A stretch of DNA of 64,000 nt from Pristiophorus japonicus. Its lineage: Eukaryota. This document shows positions 1 through 12,646 of this stretch, piece after piece; position 1 is the first letter of the stretch, and each line of letters starts with the position of its first letter. A model generated the notes under the pieces. The model saw only the letters and a program-made list of their open reading frames with translations. It was not told where the DNA came from and ran no database searches. A program made the position numbers and the translations under genes. The stretch covers positions 46,252,001 through 46,316,000 of the forward strand of contig NC_091992.1 of the NCBI RefSeq assembly GCF_044704955.1, written 5' to 3'.

Positions 1-2570
1 GCAACATGGAGAGTCTGCTCAAATCCATCCCGGGGACAGTTGCATTTCAAGACGACGTACTTATCCCGGCAGGGACACCGACTCCCATCTCCGTAATTTG
101 GAGGAAGTACTAAAGCGGTTGGGTCGGGTAGGCCTACGAGTCAAGAAATCCAAGTGACTGTTTCTCGCACCTGAGGTTGCATTTTTTGGGCAGAAGGATT
201 GCCGCTGATGGAATCCGCCCAACAGAGTCCAAAACAGAAGCAATTCGCCTGGCACCCAGGCCCCAGAATGTCTCAGAATTGTGTGCCTTTCTCGGGCTAC
301 TCAATTACTTTGGGAACTTTATGCAGAACTTAAGCACGCTGCTGGAGCCTCTCCATGTGCTACTCAGGAAGGGGTGCGATTGGTTTTGGGGGGACGCCCA
401 GGAACATGCCTTCAATAAGGCACGCAACCTTCTATGTTCCAACAGTGTTTTGACTTTCTTTGATCCAGGTAAAAAGCTAGTTCTCACATGTGATGAGTCA
501 CCGTATGGGGTCGGGTGCGTTTTGCAACATGTCAGTAGTGCGGGCAAATTACAACCCATAGCTTATGCCTCCAGGTCACTTTCGCGGGTGGAGCGCGGGT
601 ACGGAATGGTAGAGAAGGAGGCGCTCGCGTGCGTGTACGGTGTCAAAAAGATGCACCAATACCCTTTCGGGACCAAGTTCGCGTTAGAAACTGACCACAA
701 GCCCCTCGTGTCCCTCCTATCCAAGAACAAGGCAATAAACGCCAACGCCTCGGCGCGAATTCGACAGTGGGCACTCATGCTGGCGTCCTACAACTATACC
801 ATAAGGCACAGACCAGGCATAGACAACTGTGCCGACGCGCTCAGCAGGCTACCCCTGGCGACCATGAAGGGTCTGACGAACAGGACTGTGAGATCGTCAT
901 GGCAATCAATGCCTTTGAGTCCACAGGTTCGCCCATGACGGCTCGCCAAATCAGAGCCTGGACGGCCAGCGACCCCACGTTATCCTTAGTAAAAAGATGT
1001 GTCCTAACTGGTGACTGGGCAGAGGCTTGCGATGCCTGCCCCGAGGAGTTAAAACCCTTTCACAGGCGTATGCATGAGCTATCACTACAAGCAGACTGCC
1101 TGATGTGGGGCAGCCGAGTAGTCATGCCTCTGCGAGGCAGAGAGGCATTTGTCCGGGAGCTCCACCGCGAGCACCTGGGGATCGTTCTCATGAAGGCCAT
1201 AGGCAGATCCCACGTCTGGTGGCCTGGTATTGACACGGACTTGGAGCTCTGCGTCCGAAGGTGCACCATTTGTGCCCAAATCAGCAATGCCTCCAGGGAG
1301 GCTCCACTGAGTCCCTGGCCCTGGCCTACCAAACCGTGGTCGCGGGTGCACGTAGGCTATGTGGGCCCATTCATGGGCAAAATGTTCCTCGTAGTTGTAG
1401 ATGCTTTTTCAAAGTGGATCTAATGCACCATTTTAAACTCGAGCACAACCTCCACCACTGTGGAGAGCCTCACAACCATGTTTGCAACACACGGAATCCT
1501 TGACATATTGGTCAGTGACAATGGTCTGTGCTTCACCAGCGCAGAATTCCAAGACTTTATAATTGACTACGGCATAAATCAAGTCAAGACGGCACCGTTT
1601 AAGCCGGCCTCCAACAGCCAGGCGGAGAGAGCAGTGCAAATCATTTAACAAGGCATGCTTAAAATCCAAGGTCCCAAGCTGCAGGGTCGCCTGTCGTGAC
1701 TGCTGCTGGCATACAGATCTCGTCCGCACTCACTGACTGGGATCCGCCCCGCGCAACTGTTGATGAAAAGGACTTTAAAAACAAGGCTCTCATTAATCCT
1801 CCCAGACATGCACGAAATCGTTGAGGCAAAGCACCGTAAGCTGACTGAGTACCATGACAGAAATTAGAGGGGGAGATGCAATGAGATAGGGGACAAAGTA
1901 TTTGAACTAAACTATGGCAGGGGTCTCAAATGGCTTGCAGGGACAGTAAAGGGCAAGGAAGGAAACAAGCTACTGGTAGTACAAATGGATAATGGCAAAA
2001 CCTGCCGGAGGCATGTAGACCAAGTCAAAAGCAGATTTACCAACAACCACTGCGGAACCAGAGGCAGACTACAATGTGGAACTCACACCACACCTGGTGG
2101 ACAGACAGAGGGAACAACCTGAGGAAAGGGCAATCTCAACAGACAGCCCAGGTGAGTCAACAACAATCACACCAATCGAAACAGACAGCCCAGGCGAGAT
2201 ACCAGCAACTACACCCAAAGAAAAACAGACACCAAGGCAAACTACTGAACCACAACTCAGATGCTCCAGACGAGAGCGTAGACCACCTGAGAGACTGAAC
2301 TTATAAAGACAATAGACCTTGGGGGAGGGTGATGTTATGTATCTTACATTATTATATATAACTGTATCCTGTATGACTGTAATAAGATATGATCTGTAAC
2401 CACCACCATACCTTACCACCAGGAGTGCACTTGCAAGAGACAGGTATATAAGGACAGGTCTCAGGCAAGTGCAGCTTTCCAGAGCTGTGAAATAAAGGTG
2501 CAGGTCCAGAGTGACCTTGACTTCACTACATGCCTGGTGTGAATCTGTACTGAGGGGACAGGACTTTACA
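1..2570 (+). mobile_element. Mag-like Ty3/Gypsy LTR retrotransposon, 3' part (RT end, RNase H, integrase, PPT, 3' LTR); 5' part lies outside the window
   Basis: FQDDVL near 46-63; ORFs 177-938 (RT connection/RNase H: LTCDES, KEALA, ETDHKPL, NCADALSR), 767-1423 (integrase H-H-C-C zinc finger) and 1460-1648 (SDNG, AERAV); PPT GGGGGAGGGTGA at 2321-2332. Confidence 0.95.
2333..2570 (+). repeat. 3' LTR of the Gypsy element (TGT...ACA)
   Basis: Starts TGTTATG directly after the PPT, contains TATATAA and AATAAA, and ends TTTACA where CR1 sequence begins. Confidence 0.8.
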
Positions 2571-3147
2571 CATACCTCCTATATTCAAGTCTAAATCATT
2601 GATATAAACCACAAAAAGCAAAAGACCTAGTACTGAGCCCTGCGAAACCCCAGTCACAAGAACATCAGTCGACCATTACCCTTTGCTTCGTGCCTCTGAG
2701 CCAATTTTGGATCCAGTTTTCCACTTTGCCTTGGAGCCCATGGGCTTTTATTTTTCTGATCAGTCTGCCAGGTGGAAACTTGTCAAAAGCCTTGCTAAAA
2801 TCCGTATAGACTACATCACATGCACTACCCTCACTAACCCTCCTTGTCACCTCAAAAAATTCAACCAAGTCAGTCAGATACGATCTTCCCTTAACAAATC
2901 CATGCTGACTGTCCTGGATCAATCTGTGTCTTTCTAAATGACAATTATTACTGTCTCTCGGAATTTTTTCCAACACTTTTCCCACCACCGAGGTTAAGCT
3001 GACTGGTCTGTAATGACTTGGTCTATCCCTTTCTCCCTTTTTAAACAAAGTTACAATGTTAGCAGTTCTCCACTCCTCTGGCACCAAACCTGCAGCCAGA
3101 GAGGATTGAAAAATGATTCTCAGAGCCTCCGCTATTTGTTGTTCTAC
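2571..3147 (-). mobile_element. CR1 LINE ORF2 (RT) fragment, apparent host of the Gypsy insertion
   Basis: ORF 2665-3177 carries VPEEWRTANIVTLFKKG, YRPVSLTSVVGK, SQHGF and DFSKAFD. Confidence 0.9.
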
Positions 3148-4196
3148 CTGTAGGTGGAAATAGCATATCAGTAGCAACTCCTGTCTTGGCTCAGTTAATA
3201 AAGGCCAAAAGTAACTGACCCGGATAGATCCAGATTGTCGAGTGGAAATAAATGTCGATTCTTCGGTTTTTGCTGAGTTGGTTTCGGTTGGTCGTTTCGC
3301 TGGTTGTGGTGGCCCGGGTTGTCAATTTGGTTGCTGACAACCTTCCGTTTCGTGGGCCTCTTGCTGTCAGTGTGCTCGGTCGATCCTTGATGGTTTCTTG
3401 TAGTTTTCTCCACTACTGCATTTCTTCACTCCCCACCTCCTGCTGCTTTGTTTTTTTGTAAAACTGGGAATAGATATACCCCAAAAAGGCTTCCTTATCT
3501 CCCGCCAAATCTGGCCCAGCTCTTTGTTTCAAGGGAGTTGCTCATTAGTTTTGAGCTCTCTTCTTTGTCAGAATTTGGTGGGCTCATTCAGCAGTAATTT
3601 GATTATGATGTGGTATTGTGGAACATCACCGGTTGGCATTGTTGTAGCAGTGTTTAAACTCTTGGGCCGTTTGGCTGGGCCCGTGATTTCTATAGGTCTA
3701 TTTGCACATGTATGCCAATAATGGTCTCCGGTGATTGGCCTGATAGCTCTTGATCCGTTTATGTCTCAGGGAGCGAATTTTTTATGCCTCACAGTTCTTG
3801 TTAGTTATCGATTGACTCATTCTCCCAGACAAATTGAATTAGCTCCAATACCCAATTACTGAGTGAAGTCCCACCCTCTGTTCTGGCAGTCTGTTCCAAC
3901 ATGTTCCTTTAGAGATCTTAAACTTGTAAAGCTCTTGGGTGTCTTCCTCAGAGTTTTTCCTGGGATACCAAAATGTTCATCGAGTTCCAAATTAAATTCC
4001 CTTTCCTATGAGTCCAAACACTGGGGGCGGGGGTCTCCATGAATGCATCCCTTTTTATCCCCTGCAGGCCTCGTCTGCCCTTTAAACTCATTTGTGTCCC
4101 GAAGTTTTTCCTTCCATTTTAAAAGTCCAAAAAGGGATTCTTCTCCTCTGCAGGGGAAAGGTACAAGGAATCTTTGTGAAATATTGGTAAATTCTA

Positions 4197-4494
4197 CATG
4201 ACCAAAAGCTTGGTCAAAGAGATAGGTTTTAAGGAGCATCTTAAAGGAGGAAAGAGAGGGAGCGAGACGGAGAGGTTTAGGGAGGAAATTCCAATGCTTA
4301 GGGCCTCGGCAACCGAAGGCACAGCCACCAATGGTTGAACGATTATAATCAGGGATGGTCAAGAGGGCAGAATTAGAGGAACACAGACATCTCGGGGGGT
4401 TGTGGAGCTGGAGGAGATTACGAAGATAGGGAGGGGCGAGGCCATGGAGGAATTTGCAAACAAGGATGAGAATTTTAAAGTCAAGGCGTTGATG
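4197..4494 (-). mobile_element. L2-clade LINE, ORF2 C-terminal fragment
   Basis: ORF 4006-4512 contains RLDFKILILVCKFLHGLAPPYL...HWNFLP...FKMLLKTYLFDQAF, typical of the L2 ORF2 end. Confidence 0.85.
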
Positions 4495-4614
4495 TGTGCA
4501 GCGCTGTACCACATCAAAATCTATCTCTGCAGAATATCATATAACTAGTGCATCTAGCCCACAGGTTTGTGGCTGTCACACATGGATTCATCCGTGCCTC
4601 TGTTCGGAAACAAT

Positions 4615-5351
4615 GGGGCTGAATTCGTAGTCCTTACGGGCGCATACGAGGAGTGCATGCACCTGTAGGGGCCCTGTATGTTCCAGGTTTGGGCACGCAC
4701 TGTGCAGGCACCTAACCCAGAACTTGAGACCTGTCAAGAATCCTCTTGACAGATCGTATGAATCTAACAGAAATGGGCCTCTGCGGGCAGAGAGTTGGGC
4801 TATTTGCCCAACTTCTGCCCAGTGAATGCTTGTGAAATTCTTATGGCTGATAAAAACAGGCCTGTTTTTAATCAGCGTAAGACTGTTAAAGGAGAGAAAC
4901 ATTTTTTTTTCAATAATTTAAACATTTAAAAACCTGTGAAATAAGGTAGTTTATTTTTCGACGCTTTAAAATATGTAAATTTATTTTTCAAAAAATTACA
5001 TTTTTGTTTAAAATTATTAAATTCAATTTTGATTAATTTTAAATGTGATTTTAAATGTTTTTTATTTTAAGTGTTTGTGTATTTGATGAGACATTCCCAT
5101 TCATACTTGGTGATTCCGTATGTATGGAACTCACCACAAGTATGAATGGGAATATCCCTAGTTTGATTGGTTAGGCCGGCCCATGTGATCCTAGGGATGC
5201 GTGCGAATTGCCTGCACTCCTGGGATACGTGGACTTCTCCGCAGACCTTCACGTAGAGGCCTAGGATCGCGACCTCCTGGACCTCCTGAACCACCGGGTA
5301 CATTTGTAGATTTTTTTCATGTTGGAGGCCTCCAACCGCAATTTCAGCTCC
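4615..5351. mobile_element. Non-autonomous Harbinger-type DNA transposon (MITE)
   Basis: Imperfect TIRs GGGGCTGAATTCG / CAATTTCAGCTCC with a 3-bp TSD AAT (4612-4614 and 5352-5354) and an AT-rich core. Confidence 0.7.
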
Positions 5352-6007
5352 AATGACTAACGATAAAAAAGTGTCACTTGGAATGGAGAGAGACACTCCT
5401 CCAGCAATTCAAAACATCAATTCTAAAAAGTAATCAGCGGGCTGGATTTTCTGCCGCTAAACTGCCCGAAATCGGATGGTGCGGTGAAAATGAGATCGGG
5501 AGGCTAGGTTCCCACTCCTAAAAATGCTGTTGGAACTTTCACTTGCCCTCACCCCCAACTCAGTCAGGGTCTATGCTGCCTGCCGCTGGATTACACTGCT
5601 ATATTGAAATGACTGACAGTCGGGGCAAGGCCCAAGAAACTGGCCAATTTCCTTGCCTTCCTCCCACAGTACTGTACCACCAAGCCCACATAAGAACACA
5701 AGAGGGTAGAGATACTGAACAGAACTACATTTGCCCAACATGCCAGAGCCATTCAAGGGAGAGGACGAGGGTCTGATTGTGGCCACCTCTCCCTCTCATT
5801 TATCCTTCTGATACCACGATCAGACACTTAGGCTCATACTTTTTTCTACATTCATTCTCAGGATGTGGGAATTCCTGGCAAGACTGGCATTTATTGCCCA
5901 TCTCTAGTCGCGCTGAGAAGGTGGTGATGGGCCGCTGCAGCCTTATTATTCTTTGTAGCAGGTTGATGCAACAAAGTGGCTTGCTAGGTCAGTTTAGAGG
6001 GCAGCTA

Positions 6008-6390
6008 AGAACATAAGGATATAAGAAATAGGAGCAGGAGTAGACGATTTGGCCCCTTGAGCCTGCTCCGCCATTAAATAAGATCATGGCTGATCTTCGA
6101 CCTCAACTCTACTTTCCTGCCTGATCACCATATCCCTTGATTCCCCTGGAGTCCAAAAATCTATCGATCTCAGCCTTGAATATACTCAACGATTCAGCAT
6201 CCACAGCCCTGTGTGATAGAGAATGCCAAAGATTCACAACGCTCGGAGTTAAGAAATTCCTCCTCCTCTCAGTCTCAAATGGCCGACCTCTTATCCTGAG
6301 ACTATGCCCAGAGTTCTAGACTCTCCCGCCTGGGGAAACAATCTCTTAGATTTTACCCTGTCAATCCCCCTCAGAATCTTATATATTTCA
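6008..6390 (-). mobile_element. CR1 LINE 3' end fragment
   Basis: Reverse-complement CR1 3' UTR (ataagaaataggagcaggagtag...gagcctgctccgccatt) and RNFLTPSVVNLW-type ORF2 end. Confidence 0.85.
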
Positions 6391-7487
6391 TATATGTCTG
6401 ACCTGGGAATGCTTGACTTGACAGGGTAGAGGGGTATTTATTCTGCCTTTAAATGTGCTGTATCTGACCTGATGCTGACATGGGATGATGAATTGGCTGC
6501 CTTCCCTTTCCCAGCACTAACTGCCCTGCCCCTTGAAATAATTTTTCAAACGAAAAAAGGCTGCAGGAGCAATGTCCCATCACATCTACAGATTAAAGTT
6601 CTAGTCAGTCCATAATTGCACAGGCTGAAGACCAATTATTTTGCAGTAAAACACTGGGGAATTAGGCTGTAATAGTTTCAGACCTTCAGAAAAAAACAAA
6701 GACACTGCAAAAAAACACAATAATGTTATCAGCAGCAATTTATGCCTTGACTTATTACATTCCCAAGCTAGGAAAGTAATAAAATCAATCAAGCTTCTGC
6801 TTTTGGCTTATCATTTCTATTGACTGACTGGCTTATGGAGCAGTCTTTAAGGTATTCAATTATCAACTTGTCGGTTAGGATTGGAAAGCCTGTAGTTTAT
6901 TTCCATTCATGGTCAGTGATGTCATTACTTTCTTGAACCTTCCATACATCCTTTGATGACCAGTTTAGTGAACTAAACCCAGCAAAGTATACGGACCCAT
7001 GTGTAGAGTGACTTGAAGTACAGGCCACTACGATGAACCTCAGCTGGAGGATTATTAAGTTATTGGCTCATAAGGCTCACATGGCGGAATTTGTTGCCAA
7101 CCTGAGACGTCTCGCTGGGCCGTGTAAGTTTGGAAGCACATTGGAAGACATGCTGCGCGACGTCTTTGTAACAGGCATAAACCACGAGGTGATCCTGCGG
7201 AAACTGCTGGCTGCGGAGATGCTGGATCTGAGCAGGGCCATCGTGGTTACCCAGGCTTGCCTGACTATGGTCGATAGTACAAAGCAGATAACCTCGCAGA
7301 GTTGGAACTCCACGGCAAGTACTGTGCACTAGATTATGTCGTCGGTTGGCAGAGCTGCACCTGGCAGGGCCTACCTGACTGTGTTTGCAAAACCTGTAGC
7401 TGCTTGAAGTCTGCCATTGGGCATGAATCCGATTTCACCCTGTTGGCATTGTGGGGGTAATCATCGGCCTCATCAGTGCTGTTTCAG

Positions 7488-7741
7488 ACTAATGTGAGGT
7501 TATCCATTTGTGGGCAAAAACACGAAGGCAGAATATTATCTGAATGGCGGCAGATTAGGAAAAGGGGAGGTGCAACAAGACTGAAAGTGGGCATGCAGGT
7601 ACAGCAGGCGGTGAATAAGGGATATGGAGAGAAAGCAGGAAAGGGGTACTGAGGGAATGATCAGCCATGATCTTATTGAATGGCGGTGCAGGCTCGAAGG
7701 GCCGAATGGCCTACTCCTGCACCTATTTTCTATGTTTCTAT
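7488..7741 (+). mobile_element. CR1 3' fragment with internal deletions, inserted between the gag zinc knuckles
   Basis: CR1 ORF2/3' UTR sequence ending in TTTCTATGTTTCTA; gag resumes as YICRGCVKMGHL. Confidence 0.85.
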
Positions 7742-7948
7742 ATTTGTAGAGGCTGTGTGAAAATGGGACACCTTCAGCGGATGTGTCCGCAGCTCAGCAA
7801 GCGTGCTGCGACACACCACATGGATGATGATGACCGATCCGGAGCAGATCTGGCAATACAACCCGAGATATCCGAGGAGGAAGTGTATAGTGTACATTTG
7901 TTCCTGAGAAAGAACCAACTGATAATGATTGACGTAAAATTGAACGGC

Positions 7949-8802
7949 AAAGAGATTTAGATAGGTTAAGCGAATGGGCTAAGGTTTGGCAGATGGAATA
8001 CAATGTCGGAAAATGTGAGGTCATCCACCTTGGAAAAAAAAACAGTAAAAGGGAATATTATTTGAATTGGGAGAAATTACAACATGCTGAGGTGCAGAGG
8101 GACCTGGGGGTCCTTGTGCATGAATCCCAAAAAGTTAGTTTGCAGGTGCAGCAGGTAATCAGGAAGGCGAATGGAATGTTGGCCTTCATTGCGAGAGGGA
8201 TGGAGTACAAAAGCAGGGAGGTCCTGCTGCAACTGTATAGGGTATTGGTGAGGCCGCACCTGGAGTACTGCGTGCAGTTTTGGTCACCTTTCTTAAGGAA
8301 GGATATACTAGCTTTAGAGGGGGTATAGAGACGATTCACGAGGCTGATTCCGGAGACGAGGGGGTTATCTTATGATGATAGATTGAGTAGGCTGGGTCTT
8401 TACTCATTGGAGTTCAGAAGGATGAGGGGTGATCTTATTGAAACATTTAAAATAATGAAAGGGATAGACAAGATAGAGGCAGAGAGGTTGTTTCCACTGG
8501 TCAGGGAGACTAGAACTAGGGGGCACAGCCTCAAAATACGGGGGAGCCAATTTAAAACGGAGTTGAGAAGGAATTTCTTCTCCCAGAGGGTTGTGAATCT
8601 GTGGAATTGTCTGCCCAAGGAAGCAGTTGAGGCTAGCTCATTGAATGTATTCAAATCACAGATAGATAGATTTTTAACCAATAAGGAAATTAAGGGTTAC
8701 AGGGAGCGGGCGGGTAAGTGGAACTGAGTCCACGGCCATATCAGCCATGATCTTGTTGAATGGCGGAGCAGGCTCGAGGGGTTAGATGGCCTGTTCTTAT
8801 GT
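7949..8802 (+). mobile_element. CR1 3' fragment inserted in the Gypsy protease
   Basis: ORFs 7993-8328 and 8383-8727 (LVRPHLEYCVQFWSP, RRMRGDLIE, RNFFSQRVVNLWN); it splits VKLNG from VPVSMELD. Confidence 0.92.
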
Positions 8803-11800
8803 GCCGGTATCTATGGAATTAGACATGGGTGCGAGTCAGTCAATTATGAGCCAGAGGACTTTCGAAAAGCTGTGAGACACGAAGGCCGTGAAACCCAAGC
8901 TGAGTCCAGTAAATGCAAAATTGCGTACCTACACCAAAGAGCTCATACCAGTGATTGGCAGTGCAGCAGTCAAGGTGTTGTACGATGGGGTGATTCATTA
9001 TTTATCGCTGTGAATCGTTCCAGGCAATGGTCCAATGCTATTCAGCAGCAGTTGGCTCAAAAAAATAAAGTGGAACTGGAACGATATTAAAGCTTTGTCA
9101 TCAGTGGATGACGCTTCATGTGCTCAAGTGCTGAGCAAATTTCCCTCACTGTTTGAACCAGGCATCGGCAACGTCATGGGAGCAAAGGTGCAGGTCCACC
9201 CAGACTCGGATGCAAGACCCGTCCATCACAAAGACCGGGCGGTCCCATACATGATGAGGGAGAAGATTGAAATCGAACTGGACAGACTCAAATGTGAAAG
9301 GGTCATTTTTAGTGAATTTAGTGAATGGACGAGACTCATTGTTCCTGTGCTGAAGAGTGATGGCACTGTCAGGATTTGTGGAGACTACAAGGTTATGATC
9401 AACCGAGTTTCGAAACAGAATCAGTACCCGTTACCAAAGGCTGATGACCTGCTTGCAATGCTGGCCGGGGGAAAGTCATTCACCAGATTGGATCTGACAT
9501 CAGCCTATATGACACAGGAGCTTGTCGAATCGTCGAAGAAACTTACGTGCATCAATACGCATAAAGGGCTGTCCTTTTGGAATTCGCTCGGCTGCAGCCA
9601 TATTTCAGAGAAACATGGAGAGTCTACTGAAGTCCGTTCCTAGAACCGTGGCGTTCCAAGACGACATTCTGGTCACAGGTTGTGACACTGCCGAACACCT
9701 GCACAACCTGGAAGAGGTTCCAACGTCATCTGGACAAAGTGGGGCTCAGGCTGAAACGTTCAAGGTGCATCTTTATGGCACTGGAAGTCGAATTCCTGAA
9801 AAGGAAGGTTGCTGCAGACGGCATCAGGCCTACGGACTCGAAAACAGAGGCCATCAAAAATGCACCCAGACTCCAGAATGTGATGGAGCTGCGTTCGTTC
9901 CTTGGTCTTCTCAACTACTTCGGTAATTTCTTACCTAAATTGGGCACATTATTAGAGTCACTGCACATGCTGCTCAGAAAAGGCGACAACTGGGTTTGGG
10001 GTGTATCTCAAGACAGGGCCTTCGAGAAGGCTAGAAATCTGTTTTGTTCCAACAAATTGCTAGTACATTATGACCTATGCAAGCGTTTAGTATTGGCCTG
10101 TGACGCTTCATCACATGGGGTTGGTTGTGTGCTCCAACAATCAAATGAGTCGGGCAAACTATAACCCATTGCGTATGTGTCAAGAAGCATGTCTAAAGCG
10201 GAAAGAGCCTACAGCATGGTAGAGAAAAAAGCTTTAGCCTGTCGATATGGGGTTAAAAAGATGTACCAGTATCTGTTTGGGCTTGTTTTGAACTTGAAAC
10301 CAATCACAAGCTGCTCATTTCTTTGTTTTCACAGCATAGAGGCATCAATACCAACGCGTCATCCCGCATCCAGAGTTGGGCGCTGACATTATCTGCCTAT
10401 GATTATGTCATTCGCCATAGATCTGGCACCGATAATTGTGCCGATGCATGGAGCCGTTTACCGTTGCCCACGCCGGAGGTGGAAATGCCACAGCCCACAG
10501 ACCTACTGTTGGTCGTGGATGCCTTTGAGAGTGAAGGGTCGCCTGTTACTGCTCAACAAGTTAGGACCTAGACTAGCCAGGATCCAATCTTATTGGTTGT
10601 AAAATGTTGTGTCCTTAGTGGTGCTTGGTTGGCCATTTCCAGGGAAGTGTGTGATGATACCAAACCTTACAACTGTCGCAAAGACAAACTATCCATTCAA
10701 TCTGATTACCCCATAGTAAACAATCATGTTGTTATACCCAAGAAAGGCAGGGAGAGATTTGTATGGGATTTACACAGTACCCATCCCAGTATTGTGATGA
10801 AGGCCATTGCCAGGTCTCACGTTTGGTGGCCTGGCATTGACTATGATTTGAAATCATGTGCATCAGTGCAACACTTGCATGCAGTTAAGCAATGCACCAG
10901 TGGAATCTCTGCTAAGTCTGTGGTCGTGGCCATCCAAACCATGGTCAAGGATCCACATCAACTATGCGGGTCCTTTCTTGGGCAAAATGTTTTTGGTGGT
11001 TGTGGATGCATATTCCAAATGGATAGAATGTGTAATCATGTCATCTAGCACATCCACAGCCACCATTGAGAGCCTTCGTGCCATGTTCGCCACTCATGAT
11101 CTGCCCGACATCATTGTAAGCGACAATGAATTGTGCTTCATGAGTTTGGAGTTTCAAGAGTTTATGAAACTCAATGGTATCAAGAACGTAAGGTCAGCAC
11201 CATTCAAAACCGCATCCAATGGTGAAGCGGAGCGGGCCGTCTAAACCATCAAGCAGAGCCTGAAACACGTAACTCACGGTTCTTTGCAGACTCACTTGTC
11301 ACGCATACTGCTTAGTTACAGGATGAGACCCCACACGCTTACCGGGGTCCCCCCTACTGAACTGTTGATGGAGAGAGGTCTCAAGACCAGGCTCTCGCCT
11401 GTCCACCCTGATCTTAGCGATCACGTCGAAAACAGGCGTCAACATCAGCAGTGGTATCATGATCGCACTGCCGTGTCACACAACATCTCTATTAATGGTC
11501 CTGTGTATGTGCTAAATTATAGTCAAGGCCCCAAGTGGGTCACTGGCACTGTTACGGCCAAGGAGGGTAACAGGGTGCTTATTGTCAGGCTCACTAATGG
11601 GCAAACATGCAGGAGGCGCATTGATCAGACGAAATTGCGGCACACAGACGAACCGGAACAGCTTGAAGAAGTCACCATCAATGACCATCTGATTCATATT
11701 CAGCCATCAGAAGACCCTGCTGTTGTCAATGAATCTGGACCTGCAATCCCCGACATGAACACTGCCCTTCCCATTAGATCGGCTACCCAGCCTCAAGTCA

Positions 11801-11922
11801 TGAATGACTCCGAGAGCTTACCCAGATCTGGAATTGAACTGAGACGATCAACTCGGGAGCGGAAAGCCCCAGACCGTCTCAATTTGTAATAGGACTGATA
11901 CCAAGATCTTGGGAGGGAATGA

Positions 11923-12124
11923 TGTAATGTATGTATGCCTGGGTTTACCTGCCACCAGGGGGAGCGATCATTGGAGATCATTGGGCCACAGACACCGATG
12001 TGCAGCCCTTGTATATAAAGAAAACCTCCATGTTTAATCCTCACTTTGAGAACTAATAAAGTAGTCAGGTCACACCTGATTGAATTCACGATACTGAGCC
12101 TATTGAGTTATTGTATACGCAACA
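11923..12124 (+). repeat. 3' LTR (TGT...ACA)
   Basis: Follows the PPT, contains TATATAA and AATAAA, and ends GCAACA. Confidence 0.75.
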
Positions 12125-12398
12125 ACAACGGCAGAGGAAAGGTAAAAAAAGAGGGCCGAGCAAAAAGGCCAGCTAAAGATGGACAGCAGAGTAACAAGGC
12201 CTAGTAAGGATGGAGGGTAGAGTAACAAGAGCAGATTAGATCGAATGCAGCATGAAAAGATATATCTAAAAAAGCATCACACCTTGCCCCAACAGCTTTC
12301 TATGAAGTTAGTATTATTTGATTTTTGGCTTGTGTGAAATTTGAGTAGTCTCTGCCCCCATAACTGTGTATTCCAGCAATTCCTGAACAACTTCTATT

Positions 12399-12646
12399 AT
12401 TGACACACTCCCAGATAACCCCTGCTAATATTGACACACTCCCAGACATCCCCTGCTAATATTGACACACTCCCAGATAACCCCTGCTAATATTGACACA
12501 CTCCCAGACATCCCCTGCTAATACTGGCACACTCCCAGACATCCCCTGCTATTATTGACACACTCCCAGACATCCCCTGCTAATATTGACACACTCCCAG
12601 ACATCCCCTGCTAATACTGACACACTCCCAGACATCCCCTGCTAAT
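12399..12646. repeat. 31-bp minisatellite, 8 copies (ATTGACACACTCCCAGACATCCCCTGCTAAT)
   Basis: Head-to-tail units with few substitutions and no spacers. Confidence 0.95.

Larger units (their letters stand above)
7071..12124 (+). mobile_element. 5'-truncated Mag-like Gypsy retrotransposon (gag end, PR, RT, RH, IN, 3' LTR) interrupted by two CR1 insertions
   Basis: ORFs 7033-7332 (gag, LRDVFVTGI), 9035-9643 and 9522-9926 (RT, ICGDYK, FQDDIL), 9682-10571 (RH) and 10593-11889 (IN); PPT GGGAGGGAATGA at 11911-11922. Confidence 0.93.

Noticed and set aside
12399-12646. 31-bp repeats resembling a CRISPR array
   Set aside because: Units are head-to-tail without unique spacers, there are no cas genes, and the context is vertebrate.
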